Shown here one piece after another: positions 22,497-34,638 of a DNA stretch of 64,000 nucleotides. The first letter of the stretch is position 1. Every line of letters starts with the position of its first letter. The stretch comes from Rhodosorus marinus CCMP1338 (taxonomy: Eukaryota; Plantae; Rhodophyta), in the NCBI GenBank assembly GCA_029953675.1, contig JAMWBK010000006.1, positions 186,001-250,000 of the forward strand. Reading direction: 5' to 3'. A model generated the notes under the pieces. It was not told the DNA's origin and made no database searches. It saw nothing but the letters and a program-made list of their open reading frames with translations. Made by a program: the position numbers and the translations under genes.

Positions 22497-23020
22497 AACG
22501 TCAAAACCAATGCTACGGCCTATGATACGACCAATGTTACAACCACTGTACCAACCACTATTACAACCGCTATTACAACCTCTGTTACACGCAATGGCTA
22601 CGACCAATGTTACTACTAATGTTACGCCAATGTTACGATCAATGTTACGACTAAAGTTACGACTAATGTTACGCCAATGTTACGACCAATGGTACGACCA
22701 ATGTTACGACCAATGTTACGACCAATGTTACGACCAATGTTACGACCAATGTTACGACCAATGTTACGACCAATGTTACGACCAATGTTACGACCAATGT
22801 TACGACCAATGTTACGACCAATGGTACGACCAACGTTACGCCCAATGTTCACAACCAATGTTACGCCCAATGTTCACAACCAATGTTACGCCCAATGTTC
22901 ACAACCAATGTTACGACAAATGTTACGACCAAGGTTACGACCAATGTCACTCCCATTGTTTCGCCCAATGTTACGCCCAATACTACGTCCCACGCGAGAC
23001 GATATGACCAACGTCGCGAC
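22497..23020. repeat. Minisatellite, 12-bp unit CAATGTTACGAC with 11- and 13-bp variants, about 40 units
   Basis: Ten consecutive perfect units within 22680-22830, degenerate flanks, and three 25-bp higher-order units (caatgttacgcc+caatgttcacaac) at about 22831-22910. Confidence 0.95.
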
Positions 23021-23092
23021 CTCTCTTACCTTCCAGTGTTCGAACAAGGGCACTGGCAAAGGAACATGACGTGAGGTGCGCGGGTGGAAAGC

Positions 23093-24501
23093 ATGGACGA
23101 ACAAAACGCTATGGAAGAATCGTGGGAAGATATGCCGCTATTTGCGGATGAAGGATACTTAAAGAAGGTCGCCAAAGATGAGCAAGTGCCCGAAGACATG
23201 AGCGATAGCTTCGCCATGTTGTCACACCTTGTCTATGATGAGGACACTCCAGCGGAAGTTTCTGAACAGTTGAGAGAAAAGGGAAACTCACAGTTTAAGA
23301 TTGGTACCAAGTAAGCAATGGTCATCTTCAGGATTATTGCTTCCGGGCGGCAATGGAGACCAGAATCGCCACTCTCCATCTAGCCCCGTCTGACGGTTCC
23401 GGTGGCGTTCTGATTTTCAAGGTACTCGCTGAAACGTGCCGCAGAGCACTATACAAAGGCCTTGGAGCTTGAAGATTTGGAACCTGAAGTGAAGTCCTTG
23501 GCATATCTGAATCGTGCAGCAGCGGAAATGAAGCTGGAAAACTTTGGGAAAGCCCTTGCTGACGCGAAGATGGCTATCTCGCTGGACAGCTCCAACGGAA
23601 AGGCGTACTGGCGTGCTGCAAAGGCCGCGAATAGTGTTGGACGCTGGCAAGAAGCTCGCGACTTGGCAAGCTCTGGTATCATTCTGGCGCGGAAGGGCTC
23701 GGTCTCAATTCCGCTCTTGAAAAGCGAAGTCAAAGTAGCCAAGAAGAACCTCACACGAGATCTGGAGAAGATTACTGCCGTTCAGAAAAATGAGGAAGAG
23801 AAAGATAACAGGGCAAAGGAACTATCTAAAATCCTCGTGGAGCGAGGATTGCAGATCGGTCCGCCGCTGTTCTCTCAGCAGCTAAAATATCCAACACAAG
23901 AGCCCAAGATTAATTCAGATGGATCCTTGAGCTATCCCGTCCTAATTGTCTATCCGTCGTACTCGGGCGGTGACTCTGACCAAGTAACTCAGTCTGATTT
24001 CATAGAGGATTTCCACGAGATGCAAACACTCAGGTAGCGAATTGAAACACTGTCTCGCAGGAGCTTTTAATTTCTCACATCCTCTTCTTTTCTCGTGTCG
24101 TTCTTTCCCTAGTGAGTTTCTCCAAGTTATGCTGCCTCCTCCTTGGGAAACAAGCGGTGAGCTGCTCCCCGACAGAGTAGATGCATTGTACCGAGAGAAG
24201 TGGACGATTTCAGGTGGTGAAATGGAAGAACGGATTGGACTAGGTGAAGATTTAGAGGGATATTTGGGGTCAACGAGGGGTCGTGATGAACTTGGGAGCT
24301 GGAAATCTGTGTCAGTGGACAAACCGTTGTTCGAGGTGTGCCGTTCACCGAATTGAGCAAACTGCAGCCAGCGCTTGGTTGACGAAGAGTCTGAAGTTTT
24401 TGTATGGCAATGATGTTGTTCAGATCCTAGCGTTGGCGGATTATATCACCCCGAAGTTTCCTGTGTTTTATATCGTTCCAAAGGGCTATCGACCGCCGTA
24501 A
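23093..24501 (+). CDS. TTC4: TPR co-chaperone TTC4/Cns1-like, 4 exons
   Basis: LREKGNSQFKIG|KYSLKRAAEHYTKAL, AYLNRAAAEMKLENFGKALAD and KAYWRAAKA (TPRs); LSYPVLIVYP..QSDFIEDFHE and PPPWE (Cns1 wheel domain). Introns 23311-23421, 24034-24112, 24336-24423. Confidence 0.9.
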
Positions 24502-25689
24502 GCTCTGGAGGTACTGTCTTGCGAGCACATGTACAAATCCCAAGGAACCCCAGAGGCGAGCAGACTTCAGCACAACGAAAAAGACCATGGGAAAATCTTC
24601 TGTGACAGGATGGTGCGGGAGCGACATGGAACGCTGCTCCGAACCTCCACTCTCTAAGGTCCAGCCGCGTGGATGAGATTGAGTATTCTAACTTGTCAGG
24701 GTGAGGTGTTTCCGTATCCTTCTTGCACGGGGTTGCTTTCCGACATCGACCTGTGGATCCCCCGTTATTGGCCCGGTAAATGAGACAAGCTAGGATACCA
24801 AGTTCGAACGCGTGCGTCGATCTCCTGCAGTGCATTGCCCCCCAACTGCATTTCCGGGCTCCAGCTTCCCCCGTTTTGTCGGATCGTGCTTACCCAAGAG
24901 TGCTGCCCACGCCCACGCCATAGTTGCTTTCACCGCTACAGATGTGTTCTCGGCCGCTCAATTTTCTGAGAGTTTCCCGTGCCCTAAAGCGGCGTCACGG
25001 AAAACGTGCGAGAGCAACACATCTTCCCCCAATTGTTGTTGCACAGTAAGCACTTTGGCTGATTGGACAGTTACAGTATTTTGAACTAATGTGCGTTGTG
25101 AGGAAAGCCTAGGTTAGAACTCTGGGCAGGAGCGCATTTTCTGCGCATCAGTCGATAAGGACAGCGGCAACAAGACTGCTTTGAGGGAGCATGCGAAAGC
25201 TCTAATTCAGTGGCCATTATCAAGCCATACTGACACTCAAACTCTTAGGCCAATTCCTTTCAACGATCAATGTAAAACAACATTCAAAGCACAGCCAGAA
25301 CTACTTGAGGGTTTTTCGAATGACACTGTTTACTTCAAACGATCCATCATGTCCTTAAGTAGACTCAAACCTAATGAGTCAAGATCCCATCGCCAATCGC
25401 CAAGCGGATGAAACCAGATTCGTTTCTTAGGATTTAATCTAGCTTGTTTTTCATCCGATGCTCAATCAGCGACGACGGTCGGTAACAATAATAACAAATT
25501 TACTGATTTTAGAAGCTTGAGGAGGATGAACAAAATGGATAAGGTGATGGGATTGTTAGCATGTCATGATTGGAGTTTGGAGGCGATCAAAATCCTGTAG
25601 AGAAGGCGAGTTTAGATTCTAGGTATGAAAAACAGTAGAGCGTTCGCTTGAGGAGTATAGGCTTAGTAGGTGTTGGAAAGGGTATAGAT

Positions 25690-26577
25690 ATGGCCGAAAT
25701 TCGAGATGCGTCGGAGGTGAGAAAAGCTTTAAAAGAGGCTGATGATGACGAGTACGTGGATGCGAGTGGGGACGGAGGAGTTAAAATTTGTCGGTTGCGA
25801 GCTCCGAGGGAAGAGACGGCTGCTTTTGGGAACGTGGAGACTCCTTACGTAGAAGGTTCGAGTCGCGATGAAAATCGCAATGCCCTGAAGTTTTTGTGAC
25901 TGAAAGGTTTTTTTGTTGGTCTCTGTGATATGGACTGTATAGTACATTATGAAGGCTTCCTGGAAGAGAACGGGGATCTATTTGACTCCAGCAGGGCGTC
26001 TGGATATCCGTTCGTAGTTTTGCTTGGGAAGGGCAAGGTTATTGCCGGATGGGAGGTAGCTTTGCAGGTCCTCAGGTTGGGTGAAATGGCTGAAGTTTTA
26101 ATTCGATCAGACTATGGATATGGGCAAGAGGTAAGAGCCTTGAGGACAAGCCATGAGACTGCTTTCTAGGTATGCGAATGTGAACTGAGATTTTCGCCAC
26201 CTCGTCCCACCGAACGAAAAGGAAAATGACGATATTCCAGCTGGATCAACGCTGAAGTTTATTATTGAAATCTTGGACGTGAGATCCACCCCAAAGCCTG
26301 TATCAGTGACACCGATGACCACGGACGCGGACGCAAAGAGACTGGACGAGATTAGAAAACAGAGAGAGGAGGCAGCGAGACGGCGTGAGGAAGACAAGAA
26401 AGGTGCGCGCTAAACACATGTGATCCATATCTTATTGCTCGCCTACGCTTAACAGCAACTGTTTCTTCCACTTCAGCCGCGGAGGAGGCGAAGAAGAAGG
26501 CCGCCGAGGCCGCCGCCGCTCGACTTGCCAATAAAGGACAGAAGGGTGGAAAAGGAAAGAACAAGAAGAAGAAATGA
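25690..26577 (+). CDS. FKBP-type peptidyl-prolyl isomerase (FKBP20-1-like), 4 exons
   Basis: PYVE|VHYEGFLEENGDLFDSSR, LLGKGKVIAGWEVAL, AEVLIRSDYGYG, IPAGSTLKFIIEIL, and a charged tail AEEAKKKAAEAAAARLANKGQKGGKGKNKKKK*. Confidence 0.9.
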
Positions 26578-27683
26578 TAGTCGGGACACCATATTTCGTT
26601 CCGCGTTCTGTGACGCTTTTCTCAGTACTCATCGAGCAGATCCTAATTCCGTCGTCTTGGATGTGGATTCGAATCCTTTGTTCGAGGTCACAGCATGATG
26701 TCTGACGAACTGCTCACCACGGAGGGTCGGGTCCGAAGATAGCGGCGGCAAACTACATGCCGTCATCTTTAGACTCAGTGGATCCCGGGTTAGATCGCTT
26801 TCCTGCCCCGGGGCGACCCAGCATGCAGATCACCAAAGGACAAACGAGGAAGAGCTCTCTCCCAGGCTTCGTGCTGTTGCCTTGCTCGAAGATCCTTCGC
26901 GCAATATGCGACTCTGAATCTATTATCATCAACAGAGATCCTTAATGGGATAGGGATTGCTAAAGCTGCAGAAAACTGATTAAAACAGAAATTGTACATC
27001 GGGTGTGCCACTCGTGAACTAGGAGACACCTCGCGCCAGGGCTCTCACCACTCGTCGTGGAAACGCTGTGGGGTCCGAAGCTCCTGTGGAGAGTTCTCAC
27101 ATCAAAAGTCAGTTGACATTTCATTCAACTTCCCGCGTACCATCTGCCAAAGCCTCGGAGTTTCCCTTCAAACATTTCTGACTTAGAACGCATACCCGTT
27201 TTTCCAATAACTTCCTTTGACAGCCTGTTAGCAGAGTTTCCCATCGTCTCCATCGACGTAGAACGCACCGGATAAAATCGAGCTGTGCGCGTTTCACGTC
27301 TTTCTTCCGGGTGTCCCCCCATTGACATTGAACGCCACTGCTTGATAATATTTTCTTTGATAGAAGAATGCAATTATTGAAAAACCTAAAAATCTAAATA
27401 GGAAAAAATAGTATCCAAGATATTCTTTCGATTAATATTTAGTTTTTAGGATATTTTTGTATTGATTTGATTGAGATCGGGTTTTTGATAAGCAATGAGA
27501 TGAATGATGAGGGCCGATGGAGGTGAGAGGCTCCCCCGATGAGAGGAGTGAGTACATAGATGAAGTTTTCAACTGGCGGGGAGTGAGGGGAGGCTGGGTG
27601 TGTTCTGGAGAAGGCGATGAAATCGGTGAGGGCGTAGACTGGAATTTTCAAGGTTGACAGGGAGTTTTTCTGGCGAAGGGGCT

Positions 27684-28804
27684 ATGGAGAAGCTAAGCTG
27701 TTTGTTTGTTAGTGGAGTGGATGGGATTGTTCGCTTTGGTGGGGATCGTAGGGTTCGATGTTGTAAAAGACGGAGCAGGAGGGTTGTGATGCAAGAGCAG
27801 GATCTTGGGGAGAAGCTTTTTGGACTCATTTTTGGAAAGCAGGAGGAAACGCCCCTTGGGTTCCAGAGGTTTGATAGAGATCGGTTTCCGGAGCAGTATG
27901 TGGCGACCTTGGATGAGTTTGCAGATCCGGTTGCTTCGGATACCGAGGAGATGGCATTGTTTCGACCCATGCTCGCGAGGACACAGCTGGTAACTAGAGA
28001 TTTGCAGCTGCTTTATGACGCTGGCGAACATGGATGGACGGCTGCGGCTTTCCACGAGTGTGTGAACAAGAAGGGAGCCGGGGTTGTTGTTGCCGTTACT
28101 GAAGGAGGAACAGTTTGTGGAGGTTATAACCCAAAGGTCAGTTATTCAGATCTATCCTACGACCAATTCATGTTTTCAACGACGCTGATCTCTTCTGACC
28201 TTTCTACAACGCAAGGGATGGGTTGGGTATGGCGAATCCCGCGGTTCCCTGGCTTCTTTCCTCTTCACATGGCCGGAGGGAGATACCTCGAAACCACCTG
28301 TGAAATTGAGGAAAGTGGTAAGGGCATGGTTCCCATGTGAGAGCAGCTGTTCTCGCTAATCGACGCGCTCAATTACGTGTTTTTCCAATTCTCTGTCTGC
28401 GGGTACGTTTCAGGGAGGAAAGTCAATGTCAGTTCTCGATGATCCGGAAACAGGACCAAAATTCGGTGCTGATGGATTTGTAGTCATGCTGATGAGCCCT
28501 TTCCAAAGCGAGCTCGACGGAAGCGAAAAGATTGCTTCGTCCAAACTAGGCACATTCTACGAGGTCAGACCGGATGGCGTTCGTCACATTTTCTCAAAAA
28601 CCGAGGGCAAAAAGACAAAGCTTGTGTCTCTCAGAGCATATTTTGGAGTCTACGAAGAAGGCGAGGAGATTCCGTACGTCCATGACTCCATCTCGAAACC
28701 CGAAACGGGAACCCGTTTTTTTTACAACAGATAATGTGCTCAATCACCCACTCTTCTATTGATCATCCAGGTTCGATGATGCAGTGCCAGTCTCCTTGGA
28801 ATGA
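27684..28804 (+). CDS. TLDc-domain protein with plastid-type transit peptide, 4 exons
   Basis: LLYDAGEHGWTAAAFHECVNKKGAGVVVAVTEGGTVCGGYNPK|GWVGYGE...ASFLFTW, GPKFGADG (TLDc motifs); spliced end IPFDDAVPVSLE*. Confidence 0.85.
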
Positions 28805-29450
28805 CAGGATTCACGTTTCTACCCTCGAAGAAACGAATGCCATCAATCAGTGAAGTTGCTCGCAACCAGTTAATCTAGCAACCGCAAGCTAGAATCCATC
28901 ACTTCAACGACAAAAAAACTTATTCATATCTATCTTCACCGTTCTGGATAAGGAAGGACCTTCTGGTCAGTCAGCCAGGAAATTTCCTTTAGAACTTCCA
29001 CTCGGGATACCTCGCCAAACCAGTAAACAACAAGTTCCAAGCTTTGCTTGCTCCTCCCCGGCCCAGCCGATGAAAAGCCCACAAACCAGAGAGCGCAACG
29101 AACGGTGGAGGTGCTCTTTTGCCGAAACGTGTCTACTGGATACGGGAAGCTTCTTCTAAAGCTTCTCGTCTGGATACCTAGCTTTGTAGTACAGTTTATT
29201 TTGAAACCCAATGACCACTTTCCCTCTGACGATGTACCGAACACGCTGACATAGCGCTAAGCTTCCATATGAGCGTTTAGGGGGAGAAGGGCGTAAGTGT
29301 GCAAGGGCGCGATGAGGTCAAAAACAACGCTCGCTGTTATTTTTGCTTCTAGTTCTGGTTTTGTTCGTGTTTTCCTTTTGGTGAAGTAGTTGAATTGATA
29401 ACGAGATATCTGCTGCAGGGAATTTGAGGATTTAAGAAGACAAGGGTGAC

Positions 29451-30399
29451 ATGAGCGGGGCTAACGGAGATCCCTTTGATGTGGTAAAGTATGAGGTAGA
29501 GCAGAACTTGGATAAGATAAAGCAGCAGTTTGTTACTATTGAGCTCGGAGGAGGAGTCCAACGAGACCTTGGCGTAGTTAAGGAGCAGCTTCAGGTAGAC
29601 TAAATCAATTCCCTACCCGAATGCTGGGCCTTTTTTTTCCCTCAGAATGACGTGGATATACTGATCAACCCTGCTTTGCTTTGAAAACAGTCGAGCGTGA
29701 GGAACATTGAATGGGATCTACAAGATTTGGACGAAACAATTGCGTAAGGCATTCACACATGCTTTTGTTGTCCCCATTTTCTCATCTCGTCTCTCTCCCG
29801 CGTCTGCCCAAAATCTTAGTGTGGTCATTGGAAACAGAAGCCGCTTCAATCTGAGCGATGTTGAGATCCATAATCGACGACGCTTCGTCGCTGAAGCGAG
29901 ATCCCTGGCACAGAAGTGGAAAGAGAGGATAGATCAGCTCGGGCCTGTAGCTGCTCCTCAGGGTCGGAACGGAACGCCCGTCGATGAGATTTCAGCGGCA
30001 AGAAATGATGAATTTATACAGAACGAATTTCAGCACCAGGAGCTGATTCTGAGACAACAAGATCAAGGTAGGGACAAACTCTGGTTTTAAGAAGCTGTCT
30101 GTTGCTTCCAAGTCCTAAATCAAATCTCGTTTGGACTCCTGAGCACAGGTTTGGATGATCTAGCGAAGACTGTTCAAAGAATAGGGGATATGGGAATGGT
30201 CATGCATCGGGAGCTCAACGAACAAGCAGAGATTCTGGAGGACATTGATAGTGAAATGGACTCAGCTACAAATAGATTGCAACTGTTACAGAGAAAACTC
30301 GATCAGATCGTTGCTCAAACCGGTCGAGATAGATTATGCCTTATCTGTTGGCTGTTCCTGGCGTTTATTATTCTGGCAATACTAGCGGTTGTACTGTAA
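29451..30399 (+). CDS. Syntaxin-6/SYP61/Tlg1-like Qc-SNARE, 4 exons
   Basis: MSGANGDPFDVVK; IEWDLQDLDETI; RFNLSDVEIHNRRRFV; QQELILRQQDQ|GLDDLAKTVQRIGDMG...ELNEQAEILED (SNARE); C-terminal TM LICWLFLAFIILAILAVVL*. Confidence 0.92.
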
Positions 30400-30591
30400 C
30401 AGAAATCCTCAGCGGGTCCTAACAGACCTGCTTCCTATCTTATTAACAAATACGGGAAAAAACTCACATATTGATGAGACCCAGTGCTGGCCTCCACAAT
30501 GCCCATACAAATCTTTGTACATCACAGGGTTGAATAGGTGCGTGGCTGGCTAGCTTTGAACATCGAAGAAAGAATGCAACTGTCGTTTTCG

Positions 30592-31599
30592 TCACAAGGG
30601 AACGTCAACTTCATCGTAGAGCTGTTTGACAAGTCTGTGAACGACGACCGGACTGCATCCGCCGTTGTCAGAAAGAAGAAGCGATATCATCTCCGCTGGA
30701 ACGAGGTCATTCGCTGGGTTGACAATGTTCACGTTCGGCATTTCCGAGGCAATCTCCTCGTTGAGTATTGTTGCTGGGTGTAGCAGCTTCACATCGGCCA
30801 TCGTGGATAGGGGAAACAGGGGGGTCAGTTTGTAGAGTTCCGCGCAAGAAACAACTGGCTTCGAGTAGTGACGAGCAACTGTTGTTACGAGTAGTGTCCC
30901 AGCTGGGGCGAGGAGAGATCCATTCGCGAGCACGGCCTCCCCCCCAATAATAACCTTATGTACACGCGGCATTACAGCGAATATGGCGGAATCTGGGATC
31001 AACGTGACCTCCAACTTGGCTTCCGAGGCAAGCACTTTCGCTAGACCGTGCCCATCACCCCGTGGAGAATTCTCCGCTATCACAACCTCAAACGTTCTCT
31101 TCTTTGCTGCCTCGAGAAGCAGTCTCTCAACTGTCGCGGACCGACCGAACGTCAAAATGACCTCCGCGGAGTGAATCTGTTCCGCTACTGCAGCATTAGT
31201 GACCATTGTATCACGAGTCTGGTTGAATTCATCCAGAAACAAAGACAGCGCCTCCTTGATATTCTCCTGTATCGAAAACTCCTCATCCGGATCATCAAAG
31301 GTCTCCTGAACCAGCTTGAGTACCCTCCGAGTCACATTCCCAATCACGTACTTGTAGTTCCCAGCAAGTCCAGCTAAATATCTCCCAACGGCCCTCAGGG
31401 ACCTGCGGACGTTGTCGAGCCCAGCCATACATGTAGCAACCGCGACAACCTTCAATACCTCCGCCGTTGTATTCGCAACGTCGGAAGAGTCCGTATAGCT
31501 TCCACGCAAAAGCTCATGGCTGAATGCCTCTACAAACTTCCAAGCCTTTTTGTGAGAAGACAGAGCCTTGATGGCAGCTTCAAGATCCTTCGTGTCCAT
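30592..31599 (-). CDS. EIF2B2: Translation initiation factor eIF2B beta subunit
   Basis: Intronless. IGNVTRRVLKLV, IHSAEVILTFGRSATVE, FEVVIAENSP, TLIPDSAIFAVMPRVHKVIIG, LANGSL, CAELYKLTPLFP. Confidence 0.92.
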   Translation of the reverse strand: MDTKDLEAAIKALSSHKKAWKFVEAFSHELLRGSYTDSSDVANTTAEVLKVVAVATCMAGLDNVRRSLRAVGRYLAGLAGNYKYVIGNVTRRVLKLVQETFDDPDEEFSIQENIKEALSLFLDEFNQTRDTMVTNAAVAEQIHSAEVILTFGRSATVERLLLEAAKKRTFEVVIAENSPRGDGHGLAKVLASEAKLEVTLIPDSAIFAVMPRVHKVIIGGEAVLANGSLLAPAGTLLVTTVARHYSKPVVSCAELYKLTPLFPLSTMADVKLLHPATILNEEIASEMPNVNIVNPANDLVPAEMISLLLSDNGGCSPVVVHRLVKQLYDEVDVPL

Positions 31600-33822
31600 C
31601 CTGCCACGCAAGTCCCCTTACACGCTCAAAAAAATTTCTCACGCCAGTCCAGATACACACGCACTAGTCTTTCGCCACACTCTGGCGGGCATCGACTACC
31701 CAAAAATGCTCCAGCGGATGCTCCAACGGTTGTGCCAAATGTTTACACTCCTCAAATCCACTTGAAGATACCAAGAAGTCCACACAAACAGAAATCAGCT
31801 AATCCATTCCATGAGAACATTCCATCCGCAAATTCCTCCCCTTCACACAACCTACCTCGATCCAAACCAGCCTCAAATGTTAGATCCTTTCTATATCCCT
31901 TAATGTACAAACACTGCACCCATCCAAAGATCAAGTGCAGCAGAAAAAAGACATTCCAAAGCTCTCCTTCTTATCCCATCCCATCCCTTGCCATCCCTTC
32001 CCTTCCCCCTCTCCCAGAAGGAGCACCGATCAAAATCCTGGTCAAGTCCGGCAGTCCAACTACCAATGAAATCAATCACTTCCCATACGGAAAAAATTAT
32101 GAAAATCAATCTAATTTGTATATAATGATTGATACGCACTGCCTCCTCCAACTGGTCATTCCTATGACCAGTTGGCAGTGGACAGGTAAGAGCTTTGGCA
32201 GTGAAGGCTGTCGATGTTACAACTGGCCCCGATGGACCCATCAGATAAATTCTTTTCCTTTTGGTTTTCTTCTAATCCTTGGAGACGTATTTCAGAATTT
32301 GTTACGAGGTTCTGAGGCTCAGTTCACCCTGGAGACAGGTGCTGAGCTGCTGTGACCTTCTCTCGGATAAGAGAGGGCGTGGACTTTTGGTTTGTTGTCT
32401 GGGACAAGGTAGTGATGTGTTGGTTGGTGTTGATGAAGGAGTTTCGGTTGTATGGGAAGGTTGGGAAAGTGGACCTCATCATCGTCATCTCTTTACTCTG
32501 AGGTTAGGACCCGTGAAGTCTACTCGTTTATAACACGATTCCAGAGCGCAGAGCAAGAGCACAGTTGTCCTTAACAACCGGGGCACTTGACTGTGGATAT
32601 TCATTTGAAAATGATGGTACATAAAACACCTCGACCATCCGCCGTTGTATGAGCCTTTTTTCTCTTAGACGATCGTATCAAAGACAATCTTCGAGACTGT
32701 GGACATTACCACGCGAATCTCCTCCTGGAATACTTCCACATGCTCGACCCGTGTCATCCACGGGACGACTGCTTCAGGAACGCTTGTAGGCATTTCGGGT
32801 TATATGTCTCGCTTTGCTCTTGTCGAATCCTCTTTCTCAGCGGTTTTGGAACAAAGTGTTTCATGGTGGGTATTGCCTGAGGATCCCTAGCTATATACTC
32901 ATGCACTTGGGGTACTATTTTTGACATATTAAAATTGTAGGTCCAACGCACTCAGATGATGAAATTCCCACCTTACAGAAGCACGGCTTTCGTACTTTGC
33001 GCCAGTACGCTGCCAATGGGTGGCCCAATGTCGCGCACCCGCTTCATTTCTGATTTAGAGCGAGGGATAGTTTCCGCTCCCTTGAAATAGAGCACGCTTG
33101 ACGATGTCATGTAGCCAGATCTCAGTACACTATCCAAGGCATTTTTGGTACTGCTCTCAATTAATCTCTCGTGGTTTTTGCTCAGCCGGACTGTGTGATC
33201 ATAGCGTCTTCTGCTCTCCGCAAACGAGGAGGATATAAGATAATTTCCAAGCATATGTCTTAGGTCTCACCGTTCCTTCTGAGTGCGTGTTTCAATCTTG
33301 TGCCTCCCCACACAGACGACACATCAACGGTCAATCATCGTATCCACATCCCCCCAAAAAAAATTATTGAAAAGGTTCTCTCCACACAACGCAAAAACCG
33401 AAAAATAAGGAGTGCTTTCAAGCGTCATATTGGCTGACGTAAGAATCAGGCGTGATCCCGAGAAAGATTCGATCCTTGAAAGTTGAGAAACTTTTCCATT
33501 AAAGTGTCGATCTCGTTTGTGCTTAATACTTTTTTGGCTTTTTGTTTAGAATTCCGTTGGCCAGGCTAGGGGGTTACGATTTGGCGGATGTTACTTTCTC
33601 GTCGTGAGCAGGCGGAAAAAAAGGCTTTTAAAAGAATTGGTCTTGAGTTGCTTAACCGGAAAGGGCGGTGGGTGGGGAGGTTGGGACGCTGAGAAGGAGA
33701 GTTGGAGGAACGATAGTTGCGATCGTTGAAGGCTTGTTTGTTAGGTGGTCTTTTGCTGAGGTTTCATCCTTGTAGCCTGAATACCTGCGTATCTGGAAGG
33801 ATTGAAAAGTACCAACGACCGA

Positions 33823-34584
33823 ATGGAGACTCCAACTTCTTACCTTCAGGAGCCGATTGCGACCTTGGATTCTAGGAAGCAGCCGAAAATGATGACTGAT
33901 TTTGACGAAACTGGGCATCGTAAGGACAACAAGTTGAGGACATCCAAGGTGCTTCCTTTGCAGATTTACCTCATGCAGAACAGTCAGGCTGTGTTTGAGC
34001 GTGGTGAGAATGTTGTGTTCGCCCCGACAGACCCCGAGTTTACGTCGCTGAAAGATGCACTCCCAATCTACGAAACGAAATGGGAGAGAGAGGGGTCCAT
34101 ACACGGGTATATTCTTCGGGAAAAGGAGACAAAGCGCGAACTGCTGAAAGTACACGTGCATGCTAATACAGATTCACCGTTTGCTAAAATGTTCACTGGG
34201 TTGATCAACAATCCGTTAAACAAGTACGACGTGAAAAACCTCGGCCTCTACAGTGATCTGAAACGTGGTCAGTTGCTGGGCACAATCGAGGAGGTTTTTC
34301 CGGACAACCGGGTCTTCAAGCCGAAGAACGACTTCTGCCCGAGATTGGAGATGCAGGTCACCAAAACCTTAGGGCTTCACTATTACATGGCAGTCACAGA
34401 TATTACGGAGCCCATTGGCCAAGTTCAAACCGATGTGCTCGGTAGATTTGCCCCACGAAGCGAAGCGTACAAGTTGTCCTTGAGACATTGCACAAGGGAA
34501 GAGGGCTTGCTGTGGATAACCATGCTTATTGCAACAGATATGAAGCGCCGAAAGTCGACGAATAACAAATGGCGAAGAGTTTAA
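33823..34584 (+). CDS. Uncharacterised protein, possible scramblase/LURP-one (tubby-C-like) fold
   Basis: Clean 253-codon ORF with natural composition. The C-terminus IGQVQTDVLG..SEAYKLSL....EEGLLWITMLIATD resembles the IG.I.K...D.F.I....LL..IAID ending of that fold. Fold call is inference. Confidence 0.55.
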   Translation: METPTSYLQEPIATLDSRKQPKMMTDFDETGHRKDNKLRTSKVLPLQIYLMQNSQAVFERGENVVFAPTDPEFTSLKDALPIYETKWEREGSIHGYILREKETKRELLKVHVHANTDSPFAKMFTGLINNPLNKYDVKNLGLYSDLKRGQLLGTIEEVFPDNRVFKPKNDFCPRLEMQVTKTLGLHYYMAVTDITEPIGQVQTDVLGRFAPRSEAYKLSLRHCTREEGLLWITMLIATDMKRRKSTNNKWRRV

Positions 34585-34638
34585 AGTTGTGATGTGAGAA
34601 ACTTGTGCAGCGGGCTAGTCGGCACTGATCATCGCTTC

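Noticed and set aside
22510-23007. 165-aa (CYDQ)n ORF as a Cys-rich protein
   Set aside because: It drifts through the MLRP, NVTT and CYDQ frames at 11-bp units; openness follows from the stop-free unit rather than selection in the CYDQ frame.
22497-23020. Repeat array as a CRISPR array or telomeric repeat
   Set aside because: Units are contiguous with no unique spacers, the context is eukaryotic, and the unit lacks the G-tracts of known telomere repeats.
26660-26690. GGATTCGAATCC as a tRNA T-loop
   Set aside because: A simple palindrome with no cloverleaf or D-arm.
26620-27373. Possible minus-strand multi-exon gene, including an MLGRPGAGK P-loop-like word
   Set aside because: No consistent splice model could be built, and the word lacks the GK[T/S] ending and a downstream fold.
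31516-32355. 279-aa plus-strand ORF
   Set aside because: Pro/Ser-rich, overlaps the eIF2B-beta start and promoter, and has no recognisable motif; likely a chance ORF.
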